Shown here: positions 42,956 to 52,571 of the stretch, piece after piece | Numbering within the stretch: position 1 is the first letter of the stretch | Layout: every line of letters begins with the position of its first letter | NCBI GenBank assembly: GCA_033853615.1 | Contig: JAWOLK010000036.1 | Coordinates: forward strand, 1-62,969 | Direction: 5' to 3' | Length of the DNA: 62,969 nt | Source of the DNA: Beijerinckiaceae bacterium | GTDB taxonomy: Bacteria > Pseudomonadota > Alphaproteobacteria > Rhizobiales > Beijerinckiaceae | The notes under the pieces: generated by a model | Told to the model about the DNA's origin: nothing | Databases searched by the model: none | The model's input: only the letters and a program-made list of their open reading frames with translations | Translations under genes and position numbers: made by a program

Positions 42956-43425
42956 TCAATCATATAGCGCGTCGCTAATGCTCGGGAGCCATGCTCCCGG
43001 CCTTTGCGCCGTGTCGGAAAAAACCGACAGGGAACCGGCCGCTTCCTGATGGACGCGTAGGCCGGTTTTCCTGCGTGCGGTGAGCGGGAATTTTCGGCAG
43101 GAATCAGGAATTTGCCTGCGGTCGCTCGATCGGTTGGCGCTGAGCCCATCGCGTTTTGCCGCCGGCTTAAAGCGCGTATCCTTGCAACGCGCCTTGATCG
43201 ACGGGGCCGGCGCTGCGCCCATATCGCGCGTGACTCGAGCCTGAAAAAACCCGATGTCCCGAGGGACGTGCTCACTCTTGGCCGCATGCGGCCTTGGGAG
43301 TAGGTTCTTCCGATCGGCGCTTTGACTTCCTTGGGTGGAGAGCCGTCAGAAAAAACGAGCCCGCCCATCTCTCGCTCCTCTGGGCGAGAAAATCGGCCAG
43401 GGCACGCACAGATGGATAAGCTTCG

Positions 43426-44439
43426 ATGGACGTGTACAGCGGCATCCGCTTTTCAATCGAAAGAGTATCACACGAATTAATTTCGGCTGGCTCGATTTTT
43501 TCTGTCTATTCGCTGGCTTCAGCGTTTTTCATAGCGTTTCTCGCCTTGGCTTTTCGCCAGGCGCGGCGCCGCGGTCGCGTTAACTTAAAAGGAGTCGTCC
43601 GGGCTATTTTTAGAGAAAAGTTTTTTTGGCATAAGTCTTTCCACGCCGATATAAAACTCTTCCTCCTGAGCACGGTCGCAGCTCCACCGATCGTGGCCGC
43701 CCTTGTCGTTTCGACCAATACTGTCTCTATGGCTGTCAACGCAGCGCTTAAAAGCGCCTTCGGTCAAATGGAGCCGGTAAGTTCCTCTCCTTGGTTAACC
43801 CTGCTTTCTACCATCGTTATTTTCCTGTCTTATGAAATAGGCTATTGGGTCGACCACTATTTGAAGCATCGTGTCCGATTTTTATGGGAGTTCCACAAGC
43901 TGCATCACACCGCAGAAGTGCTCACGCCTCTGACCAATTTCAGGAATCACCCGATCGACAGCGTGGTCTTCGGCTACGTGCTCGCACTGTTCATTGGAAG
44001 CGCAATGGGTTTGCTGGATTGGCTCTTCGGACGGCGCGCAGACGTCTTCAGTGTTGATGGACGAAACATCATTTTCATTTTCTTTCTTTGGACTATCGGT
44101 CACTTGCAACATTCGCAATTCTGGATCCCCTTCCGGGGGATTTGGGGCCGCATCATCCTGAGCCCTGCCCATCACCAGATCCATCACTCGAACGATCCCA
44201 GCCACTTTAACCGTAACCTGGGCAGTTTTCTTGCCGTTTGGGACTGGATGTTTGGAACGCTCGAAGTTCCTTCGACGAAAAACCCGCGCCTTTCCTATGG
44301 CGTCAATGAAGACGGCGCGGACCCGCATTCTGCGGCAGCGATATTGCTGACGCCGCTCGGCAAAGGGAGCCTGGCGTTCTGGCGCGCGCTTACGTCACTC
44401 AAGGAGTGGGCGATCCGCCGGGAGCGCTCTCTTGTCTGA
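43426..44439 (+). CDS. Sterol desaturase / fatty acid hydroxylase superfamily protein
   Basis: His boxes HYLKH, HKLHH, GHLQHS, HHQIHH; NLGSFLAVWDWMFGT; multiple TMs. Confidence 0.92.
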   Translation: MDVYSGIRFSIERVSHELISAGSIFSVYSLASAFFIAFLALAFRQARRRGRVNLKGVVRAIFREKFFWHKSFHADIKLFLLSTVAAPPIVAALVVSTNTVSMAVNAALKSAFGQMEPVSSSPWLTLLSTIVIFLSYEIGYWVDHYLKHRVRFLWEFHKLHHTAEVLTPLTNFRNHPIDSVVFGYVLALFIGSAMGLLDWLFGRRADVFSVDGRNIIFIFFLWTIGHLQHSQFWIPFRGIWGRIILSPAHHQIHHSNDPSHFNRNLGSFLAVWDWMFGTLEVPSTKNPRLSYGVNEDGADPHSAAAILLTPLGKGSLAFWRALTSLKEWAIRRERSLV

Positions 44440-44654
44440 AACGCTTTGAATTGCGAACCGGTTTGGGATCGAGAAAATCATCAGACCCGAAATGGCTCTG
44501 ATTAAGGGAGCCAACGGAGGCGCGCCGAACCGCGCGTGAGCCGTCGGATGGCTTCCCGATCGGAGTTCCTCTGCAGGCGCCTTCCTGGCGTCACCGCGAT
44601 ACGGCCCGACGCGGCGAGCGCCTGAGCCTGTCGATCACGCGGGCTTATGGCCCA

Positions 44655-46097
44655 TCAAATGTGAATAGCTCGCCCAAAGGCGTCGAGAACGCTTTCATGC
44701 ATCGCCTCCGACAGCGTCGGATGGGGGAAGACGGCGTGCATGAGGTCTTCCTCCGTCGTCTCCAAATTCATTGCGACGACAAAACCCTGGATAAGCTCCG
44801 TCACTTCGGGACCGATGAGATGCGCGCCAAGGAGTCGGCCGGATTTCGCGTCGAAGATCGTCTTGACCAGTCCTTCAGGGTCGCCCATCGCGATCGCCTT
44901 GCCATTGGCGCGGAAGGGGAAACGCCCGATCTTCGCATCGAAACCGGCGTCTCTGGCTTTCGCCTCGGTCAATCCAACGGAGGCGATCTGTGGATGGCAG
45001 TAAGTGCATCCCGGGACACGCCCCTTGTCGAGCGGATGTGGCGAGAGCCCGGCGATCGCCTCGACGCAAATCACGCCTTCATGCTCGGCCTTATGCGCGA
45101 GCATCGGCCCGCCGGCTACATCGCCGATCGCGTAAATTCCGGCTACATTGGTGCGCCCGACCCCATCAACCGCAATCACCCCGCGCGAAACCGCAACCCC
45201 GAGCGCCTCGAGTCCGAGATTCTCGGTGTTGGCGACGACTCCGGCCGCGGAAAGCACGCGTTCGACTTCGGTTTGTTTCGTCGCTCCATCATCAGAGACG
45301 AGCGTCGCCACGACGCTATCCGGCTTCTTCATGATCTCGGCGACCTTGGCGGCCACCTCGATGACGATTCCCTGCTTCGTGAAAGATTTTGCGGCGAGCC
45401 CTGCGATTTCCGCGTCCTCGGCCGGCAGAATCTGCGGCAGCGCCTCAACCAGCGTCACCTCGACGCCGAGGGTGCGGTAAAAAGACGCGAACTCGACGCC
45501 AATCGCCCCTGCGCCCACGATCAGCAGCGATTTTGGGATCGCTTGAGGCTTGAGCGCCTCGAAATAGGTCCAGACCAGGCGCCCGTCCGGTTCGAGCCCG
45601 GGCAGGGGCCGCGGGCGCGCGCCGGTCGCGATCACGATGTGGTCGGCCTCATAATCGCCCTGCCCCAGCGGGGTCGCCGGGAATGGGCTTTGCGGCTGAA
45701 CCGGCGCGCGCGAGGGCTGTGAAACCTTCACCGAACCCGCGCCGGTCAACCGTGCTTCGCCTTGAATTAAATCGACCTTGTTTTTCTTCAGCAGAAAGGC
45801 GACGCCGGCGTTCAATCGTCCGGACGCCTCCCGCGATCGTTTGACCATCGCAGGAAGGTCGGCCGCCACAGCTCCCGAAAGCGCGACGCCGAATGCGCCC
45901 GCGTCGCGCGTATTGCGCAAAATTTCAGCCGATCGGAGCAGCGCTTTGGTTGGAATGCAACCCCAATTCAGGCAAATGCCGCCGAGATGCTCTCGCTCGA
46001 CGATTGCGGTCTTGAGGCCAATCTGCGCCGCGCGTATGGCGGCGACATAGCCGCCGGGACCCGCGCCAATGATGAGAACGTCATATCGTTTCGACAT
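44655..46097 (-). CDS. lpdA: Dihydrolipoyl dehydrogenase
   Basis: IGAGPGGYVAAIRAAQ, GGICLNWGCIPTK redox disulfide, GAGAIGVE, LAHKA, HPTLSE. Confidence 0.97.
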   Translation of the reverse strand: MSKRYDVLIIGAGPGGYVAAIRAAQIGLKTAIVEREHLGGICLNWGCIPTKALLRSAEILRNTRDAGAFGVALSGAVAADLPAMVKRSREASGRLNAGVAFLLKKNKVDLIQGEARLTGAGSVKVSQPSRAPVQPQSPFPATPLGQGDYEADHIVIATGARPRPLPGLEPDGRLVWTYFEALKPQAIPKSLLIVGAGAIGVEFASFYRTLGVEVTLVEALPQILPAEDAEIAGLAAKSFTKQGIVIEVAAKVAEIMKKPDSVVATLVSDDGATKQTEVERVLSAAGVVANTENLGLEALGVAVSRGVIAVDGVGRTNVAGIYAIGDVAGGPMLAHKAEHEGVICVEAIAGLSPHPLDKGRVPGCTYCHPQIASVGLTEAKARDAGFDAKIGRFPFRANGKAIAMGDPEGLVKTIFDAKSGRLLGAHLIGPEVTELIQGFVVAMNLETTEEDLMHAVFPHPTLSEAMHESVLDAFGRAIHI

Positions 46098-46150
46098 GTC
46101 GACACCAGAGATTCTTCGCACGGGCCCTGCGCCGCAACTACTCGAACAGC

Positions 46151-46181
46151 AAAAAACCCGCCGCGAGGCGGCGGGTTCTTT
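46151..46181 (-). terminator. Intrinsic terminator after rplT (possibly bidirectional)
   Basis: AAAAAACCCGCCGC-gag-GCGGCGGGTTCTTT. Confidence 0.8.
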
Positions 46182-46200
46182 CAACGCGCGGCCATCGACC

Positions 46201-46566
46201 TCAGCCTGCCGCCGGGAGAGCCGCCTTCGCCTGAGCGACGATCGCCGCGAAAGCCTCCGGCTGCTGAATGGCGAGCTCGGAGAGAACCTTGCGGTCGATC
46301 GCGACGCCAGCCTTGTTCAGACCATCGATGAAACGGCTGTAGGTGAGGCCGAATTCACGCACGGCGCCATTCAACCGCTGAATCCACAAACCGCGGAAGG
46401 TGCGCTTTTTCGCTTTGCGGTCGCGCGTCGCATATTGCATCGAACGGTCGACGGCGGCCTTGGCGGCGCGAATCGTATTCTTGCGGCGGCCGTAAAAGCC
46501 CTTGGCCGCCTTCAGGGTTTTCTTGTGCTTGGCGTGCGAAGTGACGCCGCGTTTGACGCGAGCCAT
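46201..46566 (-). CDS. rplT: 50S ribosomal protein L20
   Basis: [39 protein letters not shown]. Confidence 0.98.
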   Translation of the reverse strand: MARVKRGVTSHAKHKKTLKAAKGFYGRRKNTIRAAKAAVDRSMQYATRDRKAKKRTFRGLWIQRLNGAVREFGLTYSRFIDGLNKAGVAIDRKVLSELAIQQPEAFAAIVAQAKAALPAAG

Positions 46567-46605
46567 GACGAAACTCCTTCAGAAATCCGTTAGTCGGCGA
46601 GGGTC

Positions 46606-46806
46606 TCAGCCGTTCGGGAGGAAGTATTTCTTGACGTTGTCCCCGTCGGTCTTGAACAGGACCGACGTCCCGCGCAGATTTCTGATCTGCTTGTTCGTGC
46701 GCTTGATCATCCCGTGGCGCTTGCCTTTTTGGCAGTACACAACCTTGCCTGACCCGGTAATCTTGAAGCGCTTTTTAGCGCCGGATTTCGTCTTCAACTT
46801 GGGCAT
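46606..46806 (-). CDS. rpmI: 50S ribosomal protein L35
   Basis: [22 protein letters not shown]. Confidence 0.98.
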   Translation of the reverse strand: MPKLKTKSGAKKRFKITGSGKVVYCQKGKRHGMIKRTNKQIRNLRGTSVLFKTDGDNVKKYFLPNG

Positions 46807-46918
46807 TTTGCTCTCCTGGGCCTCGGCCCTTTAGATGCGCGCCTTGCGGCGCCCCTTCGCGCGAGCGAAAAAAACCGCCCCGGCAGCCCATCTACTTGCC
46901 GGGCGGTTTGACACCGGG

Positions 46919-46948
46919 CTTATAAGCGCAGCCCCCCAGACGACGCAA
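46919..46948 (-). promoter_or_regulatory. Putative sigma70 promoter of rpmI-rplT
   Basis: TTGCGT-N18-TATAAG; shares TATAAGCCC with the rpsB promoter. Confidence 0.5.
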
Positions 46949-47082
46949 GCGAGTTCTTGCGGCGCACAAGGCCATTGTTGCGGATGAACGTTTTTCTTTT
47001 CCGCCTTTAAATCCGGCCGGGCGGAACGAGCGCCTCCAGACGGCCCCGCATCGCTCGCCGCGGGCCTTCTTCGGAGAGGAAG

Positions 47083-48621
47083 TCATGCAGCCGCCCGCGA
47101 CCCGGCGAGGCCGGCGCGATAAGACAGCGCCTCCGCGAGATGACGGCGCGCGACCCCCTCAGCGCCATCGAGATCCGCAATCGTGCGCGAAAGTTTTAGA
47201 ATCCTGTGAAACCCGCGGGCCGACAGGCCGAATTTTTCGGAAGCCTCCCGCACCAGAGACGTGGCGGCAGCGTCGAGCGCGGCGACCTGCTCGACGACCT
47301 TGGCCGGAGCCGCCGCATTGGTGGCGACGCCCGCTATGCCAAGCGCTTCATAACGGCGCCTCTGCCGAGATCGCGCTTGGGCGACCCGCGCAGCCACCTC
47401 GCGCGAACCTTCCGACGGCGGCGGCAGAACCAAATCTGCCGCGGTCATCGCAGGCACTTCGAGGCGGATGTCGAACCGGTCAATCAGCGGGCCAGACAGG
47501 CGGGCCTGATATTGCGCGGCGCACCGCTCATTCGGTTGCCGGCGGCAGGCGTAGCCGGGATCCAAAGCATGACCGCAGCGGCAGGGATTCATCGCCGCCA
47601 CGAGCTGGAACCGCGCCGGGTATACGGCCCGGTGATTGGCTCGGGAGATCGCCACCTCGCCGGTCTCCAGAGGTTGGCGCAGACTATCGAGGGCCTGGGG
47701 AGAAAACTCAGGCAGCTCATCAAGAAAGAGCACGCCATGGTGGGCGAGCGAGATCTCCCCCGGCCGCGCATGCGCGCCTCCGCCGACGAGCGCCGCCATC
47801 GACGCAGAATGATGCGGCGCGCGATAAGGCCGACGGTCGGTCAGCTCGCCCCCGGCGAGCTCGCCGGCGACCGAGTGGATCATCGACACTTCCAGAAGCT
47901 CGCGCGGGCTGAGCGGCGGAAGAATCGACGGCAGGCGCGCGGCGAGCATCGACTTTCCAGCGCCGGGCGGGCCATTCATGAGAAGATTGTGCCCCCCAGC
48001 GGCGGCGATCTCCAAGGCGCGCTTCGCCGTTTCCTGCCCCTTTACCTCGACGAGATCTGGAAGGTCGACGGCGGCCGCCTGCACTGCCGGCTCTGGCCGA
48101 GCGAGAACCTGAGCGCCCCTCAGATGGTTCGCCAATTGGATCAGCGACGAGGCGGCGATGATCTGCATGTCGTGGGACGCCCAGGCCGCTTCCGCGCCGC
48201 ACTGGCTCGGACATATCAACCCATACCCTCGCACATTGGCGGCGACGGCGGCCGGCAGCACGCCCGCGACTGGCGTTAGCGCGCCATCGAGCGCCAATTC
48301 GCCGAGCACGGTGAAACCGTCAAGCGCATCAGAGGGAATCGCCCCGATCGCCGCCATGACGCCCAAGGCGATCGGCAAATCATAATGGCTCCCCTCCTTT
48401 GGCATGTCTGCTGGCGCAAGATTTACCGTGATGCGTTTGGCCGGCAAAGCCAGTCCCGAGGCCGTCAGCGCCGCGCGGACGCGCTCGCGCGACTCGGCGA
48501 CCGCTTTATCCGCGAGACCAACGAGCGTGAAGACGACATTGCCGTTGGCGATCTGGACCTGAACATCGACGGGCTTCGCCTCAATCCCCTCGAAAGCGAC
48601 GGTTGCGACCCTCACCACCAT
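47083..48621 (-). CDS. comM: YifB/ComM family Mg-chelatase-like AAA+ ATPase
   Basis: ESRERVR, ITVNLAPAD.PKEGSHYDLPIA, GPPGAGKS, APHHSAS, GEISLAHHGVLFLDELPEF, AMNPCRCG, SGPLIDRFD, SRTIADL. Confidence 0.95.
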   Translation of the reverse strand: MVVRVATVAFEGIEAKPVDVQVQIANGNVVFTLVGLADKAVAESRERVRAALTASGLALPAKRITVNLAPADMPKEGSHYDLPIALGVMAAIGAIPSDALDGFTVLGELALDGALTPVAGVLPAAVAANVRGYGLICPSQCGAEAAWASHDMQIIAASSLIQLANHLRGAQVLARPEPAVQAAAVDLPDLVEVKGQETAKRALEIAAAGGHNLLMNGPPGAGKSMLAARLPSILPPLSPRELLEVSMIHSVAGELAGGELTDRRPYRAPHHSASMAALVGGGAHARPGEISLAHHGVLFLDELPEFSPQALDSLRQPLETGEVAISRANHRAVYPARFQLVAAMNPCRCGHALDPGYACRRQPNERCAAQYQARLSGPLIDRFDIRLEVPAMTAADLVLPPPSEGSREVAARVAQARSRQRRRYEALGIAGVATNAAAPAKVVEQVAALDAAATSLVREASEKFGLSARGFHRILKLSRTIADLDGAEGVARRHLAEALSYRAGLAGSRAAA

Positions 48622-48682
48622 TTGGACCCCCGCGCCCACGACACCTTGACTGAAGCTTAACCTTGTCCTTGACAACATGCAA

Positions 48683-48697
48683 GAACAATATAAGAAC
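48683..48697 (-). promoter_or_regulatory. LexA (SOS) box upstream of comM
   Basis: GAAC-aatataa-GAAC on plus (GTTC-N7-GTTC on minus), ~62 nt before the comM ATG. Confidence 0.8.
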
Positions 48698-48747
48698 AAC
48701 AACGGTCGGGCGAGACATACCTGAGCCGCCCCGCGGCGGGCCTGTCA

Positions 48748-48776
48748 TTGCCCAGGCCGGCCGCGGCGCCTATAAC
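48748..48776 (+). promoter_or_regulatory. Putative hflK promoter
   Basis: TTGCCC-N17-TATAAC; the CCTATA context is also compatible with RpoH. Confidence 0.45.
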
Positions 48777-48848
48777 TTATCTGGCAACATGTCGGAACCG
48801 CGCGGTCATTGCCTACGGCGCAGCCCGCGCATCAGAAAGACGCACAGC

Positions 48849-49988
48849 ATGCCCTGGAGCGAGCACGGCGGACCACGCAACCCCAACAACGACCCCTGGG
48901 GACAGAAAGGCGGGGGCGGACCCTGGGGCTCCGGTCCCGACAATGGCGGCGCGCCTCCGGACCTCGAGGAGCTGCTGCGGCGTAGCCAAGATAATCTGCG
49001 CCAATTGCTGCCAGGCGGGTTCGGCGGTCGAGGCCTCGCAATCCTGTTTATGCTGACAGTGCTGGCCTGGCTCTTATCCGGCTTCTACACTGTCGGCCCC
49101 AATGAGATTGGCCTCAATCTCATCTTCGGGAAATATCAGGGAAAAACGCAGGCGGGCCTGAACTATAATCTTCCGGCGCCGGTCGGCTCGGTCATCAAGC
49201 TCGCAGTCACGGACCGGAACACGATTGACATCGGATTCCGCGAAGAGGCGGGAGCTGTCAGACGGCGCGGAGCCGGCCAAAAGCCTGCCCCGGAAGCGCC
49301 CGAAGAGAGCCTGATGTTGACGGGCGACGAGAACATCGCCGACGTAAAATTCCGCGTGGTTTGGCAGATCGACCCGGCGCATCCGGAGGATTACGCCTTC
49401 AATGTGGCGGAGCCGCAGCTCACGGTGAAGGCCGTGGCGGAAAGCGCTATGCGCGAGATCGTCGGACAGTCGCAAATCCAGAAGATTCTCACGGCCGACC
49501 GAAAACTTATTGAACCCGCCAGTCAACAGCTGATGCAGAAGGTCCTCGACGATTATCACAGCGGCGTGCTCGTCGTGCAGGTGCTTTTGCTCTCGGTGGA
49601 TCCGCCTGCTTCGGTGATCGCGGCGTTCCGCGACGTCACCGCTGCGCAGCAGGATCTGCAGCGCCTGCGCAATGAGGCGGAGGCCTACGCCAATCGCGTC
49701 GTGCCCGAGGCGCGCGGCGCAGCGGCTCGCATCCTGCAGGAAGCCGAAGCCTATCGCGAGCAGACGGTCGCGGAGGCGCGTGGTCAGGCGGCGCGGTTCG
49801 CACAGGTTTACGAACAGTACAAAAATGCGCCGGCCCTCACGCGCCAGCGGCTTTACCTTGAAACGATGGAACGCGTTCTCGGGGGCGCCGAAAAGGTGAT
49901 CCTCGACGATTCGAAAGGGACGGGCGGCGTGTTGCCCTATGTGCCGCTGCCATCCTTCACTCCCCTCCAAAACGGTGGCCGTCGATGA
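48849..49988 (+). CDS. hflK: FtsH protease modulator HflK
   Basis: MPWS...PWG...PPDLEELLR N-terminus, MLTGDENI, AESAMREIVG, PEARG.A, RLYLETME. Confidence 0.96.
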   Translation: MPWSEHGGPRNPNNDPWGQKGGGGPWGSGPDNGGAPPDLEELLRRSQDNLRQLLPGGFGGRGLAILFMLTVLAWLLSGFYTVGPNEIGLNLIFGKYQGKTQAGLNYNLPAPVGSVIKLAVTDRNTIDIGFREEAGAVRRRGAGQKPAPEAPEESLMLTGDENIADVKFRVVWQIDPAHPEDYAFNVAEPQLTVKAVAESAMREIVGQSQIQKILTADRKLIEPASQQLMQKVLDDYHSGVLVVQVLLLSVDPPASVIAAFRDVTAAQQDLQRLRNEAEAYANRVVPEARGAAARILQEAEAYREQTVAEARGQAARFAQVYEQYKNAPALTRQRLYLETMERVLGGAEKVILDDSKGTGGVLPYVPLPSFTPLQNGGRR

Positions 49989-50911
49989 AAAGCTCGGTTG
50001 TATTCGTCATCGCGATCGGCGCGCTGCTCGCGCTTATCGTCGTCGGAGGAGCGATATTCACCGTTTCCCAAACGGAGCAAGCGATCGTGCTCCGTTTTGG
50101 AGAGCCCGTCGGCGGTCGAGGCCTCGTCACGGAGCCGGGGCTCCACTTTAAATTGCCGCTCATCGAGAACGTCGTCTATCTCGACAACCGGATCCTTGAC
50201 GCCGAGAGCCCCAGTCTCGAGGTGCTCGCGGCGGATAACCAGCGGTTGGAAGTCGACAGCTTCGTCCGGTATCGGATCGTTGATCCGCTTCGTTTCTACC
50301 AGACTGTCGGCAACGTCTATGGCGCGAGAAATCAGCTTGCGTCGGTTTTGAACTCGGCGGTTCGTCGCGTCCTCAGTGAGGCGAACCAGCAGCAGATCGT
50401 CCGGGACGAACGTGCGTCGCTCATGGTGAAAATCAAGGAACAGGCCAACGCCGAAGCGCGCAAATTTGGGGTCGCCATCGTCGACGCGCGGATTCGTCGG
50501 GTGGATTTGCCGCAGCAAATCTCCGAAAAAGTTTATGGCCGCATGCAAACCGAACGGGCGCGCGAGGCTGCCGAATATCGGGCGCAAGGGTCCGAGCAAG
50601 CGCAGAAGATCACCGCCAAGGCGGATCGCGATGTGGTCGTATTGAAGGCCGAAGCTCAACAGCAGGCGGATCAGATGAAGGGCGCGGGCGACGCCGAGCG
50701 CAACCGCATCTTCGCCGAAGCTTACGGCAAAGATCCGGACTTCTTCGCCTTCTATCGCTCGATGCAGGCCTACGAAACGGCTTTCAAATCGGGCGACACC
50801 CGCTTCCTGATAGGCCCGAGATCCGATTTTTTCCGGTTCTTCACGGCGCCCGAAGGGACGTCGTCGCAGCGCGCGCAGGAATCAAAATCCAGCCTCGAAC
50901 AAAAACATTGA
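49985..50911 (+). CDS. hflC: FtsH protease modulator HflC
   Basis: SPFH domain (PGLHFKLP, YRIVDPL), RMQTER, DPDFFAFYRSMQAY; ATGA overlap with hflK. Confidence 0.96.
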   Translation: MKSSVVFVIAIGALLALIVVGGAIFTVSQTEQAIVLRFGEPVGGRGLVTEPGLHFKLPLIENVVYLDNRILDAESPSLEVLAADNQRLEVDSFVRYRIVDPLRFYQTVGNVYGARNQLASVLNSAVRRVLSEANQQQIVRDERASLMVKIKEQANAEARKFGVAIVDARIRRVDLPQQISEKVYGRMQTERAREAAEYRAQGSEQAQKITAKADRDVVVLKAEAQQQADQMKGAGDAERNRIFAEAYGKDPDFFAFYRSMQAYETAFKSGDTRFLIGPRSDFFRFFTAPEGTSSQRAQESKSSLEQKH

Positions 50912-50969
50912 TCCCGTAACGACAATTCGAGTAGCGCTTCCCCCGGGAAGCGCTTCCGAGGAGATCCTG

Positions 50970-52457
50970 ATGGCATCCGCCGCACTTCGCGCCGCAGCAA
51001 AAGCTTTTATATGCACACTGACAGCAGCCTGGCTCACAACCGCGCCCGCAAGCGCAAAAGGGCCGGACTCTCTTGCAGATCTCGCGGCGCAGGTGTCCGA
51101 CGCCGTGGTCAACATATCCGCAACGCAAACACTTGAAGTAAAGCGCGGCAAGGGGTCCGATGTTGGGCCGGGCTTGCCTCCGGGCGCGCCCTTCGACGAT
51201 CTCTTCGAGGAGTTTTTCAAGCGCCGGCAGCAGGGACAGGGCATGCCGGAGGCGCCGCGCCAACGCAAGACCAGCTCCCTCGGCTCCGGTTTCGTCATTG
51301 ATCCGTCCGGGATCGTCATCACCAACAATCACGTCATCGCGGACGCCAATGAGGTGATGGTCATCTTCGCAGACGGCCAGAAACTCAAGGCAGACATCAT
51401 CGGCAAAGACCAGAAGGTCGATGTCGCGGTTTTGCGCGTGAAGCCGGAGAAACCTCTCAAGTCGGTCAAGTTCGCGGATAGCGACAAGGCGCGGGTCGGC
51501 GACTGGGTGCTGGCGGTGGGCAACCCGTTTGGTCTCGGCGGCTCGGTCACGGCCGGGATCATTTCGGCGCGGAACCGGAACATCGATAGCGGACCCTACG
51601 ACAATTACATCCAGACAGACGCCTCGATCAACAAGGGCAATTCCGGCGGCCCGCTGTTCAACCTGGATGGCGAGGTCATCGGCATAAACACGGCTATCCT
51701 GTCTCCGTCCGGCGGATCGGTCGGCATCGGATTCGCCACGCCGGCGAACACGGTGCAGCCGGTGATCGACCAGCTCCAGAAATACGGCGAGACGCGTCGC
51801 GGTTGGCTCGGCGTCCGCATCCAGAACGTCGACGACGCAATTGCCGAGAATTTGAGCCTCGGCGGCACGCGCGGCGCGCTCGTCGCCGGCGTCGACGACA
51901 GGGGCCCGTCCAAGCCGGCGGGGATCAAGGCGGGCGACGTGATCGTCAAATTCGACGGCAAGCCGATCAAGGAATCCCGTGACCTGCCGAAGCTCGTGGC
52001 GGCGACCCCGGTTGGCAAGGAAATCGAGGTCATCATCATCCGGGGCGGCAAGGAGCTGACGAAAACGGTCAAGCTCGGGCGCCTGGAGGACGGCGAAAAG
52101 ACCGCTTCGCGAGAGGTCGGTAAGGAGCCGTCGGAAGGAGCTGATCGCTCCGGTCCCCAGACGGCGCTCGGGATGGAGCTTTCCAAACTCTCGGATGAGC
52201 TGCGTAGCCGCTTTCAGATCAAGGACACGGTTAAGTCGGGCGTGGTGATCACCGGCGTTGATCCCCGTTCCGACGCGGCTGAAAAGCGCTTGCAGCCCGG
52301 CGAGGTTTTGCTCGAAATCAACCAGGAGTCCGTGACCGACCCGGTGGATGCGGTGAAAAAGATCAAGGCGCTAAAGGAGAGCGGCAAGAAATCGGCTCTG
52401 CTGATCGTCGCCAACGGACAGGGAGACACGCATTTCGTGGCGTTGCCGCTCGATTGA
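50970..52457 (+). CDS. DegP/DegQ (Do/HtrA) serine endoprotease
   Basis: Signal peptide, GSGFVI, TNNHV, DVAVL, QTDASINKGNSGGPL, two PDZ domains. Confidence 0.96.
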   Translation: MASAALRAAAKAFICTLTAAWLTTAPASAKGPDSLADLAAQVSDAVVNISATQTLEVKRGKGSDVGPGLPPGAPFDDLFEEFFKRRQQGQGMPEAPRQRKTSSLGSGFVIDPSGIVITNNHVIADANEVMVIFADGQKLKADIIGKDQKVDVAVLRVKPEKPLKSVKFADSDKARVGDWVLAVGNPFGLGGSVTAGIISARNRNIDSGPYDNYIQTDASINKGNSGGPLFNLDGEVIGINTAILSPSGGSVGIGFATPANTVQPVIDQLQKYGETRRGWLGVRIQNVDDAIAENLSLGGTRGALVAGVDDRGPSKPAGIKAGDVIVKFDGKPIKESRDLPKLVAATPVGKEIEVIIIRGGKELTKTVKLGRLEDGEKTASREVGKEPSEGADRSGPQTALGMELSKLSDELRSRFQIKDTVKSGVVITGVDPRSDAAEKRLQPGEVLLEINQESVTDPVDAVKKIKALKESGKKSALLIVANGQGDTHFVALPLD

Positions 52458-52474
52458 GAGCGGCGGTTCGGGGC

Positions 52475-52569
52475 TTAGGCCTCCTCGGTCCCTTCCACCG
52501 GACCGGAGGCTCTGAGCCTCGGCGTTTCTTGCCAGGGACTGGTTCCACCCGAGGTGAAAAGAACCCTTG
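52475..52569. repeat. Degenerate copy of the 18645-18760 palindromic element
   Basis: AGGCCT..CGGTCC...GGACCGG.GGC, then GGCGTTTCTT...GGAC.GGTTCC...GAAAA; same motif order and strand as the 18.6 kb copy; between convergent genes. Confidence 0.45.
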
Positions 52570-52571
52570 GC

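Noticed and set aside
42952-43425. Short ORFs or an sRNA between the 63-aa gene and the desaturase
   Set aside because: ORFs lack RBS, codon bias and motifs; hairpins exist but match no RNA family I can recognise.
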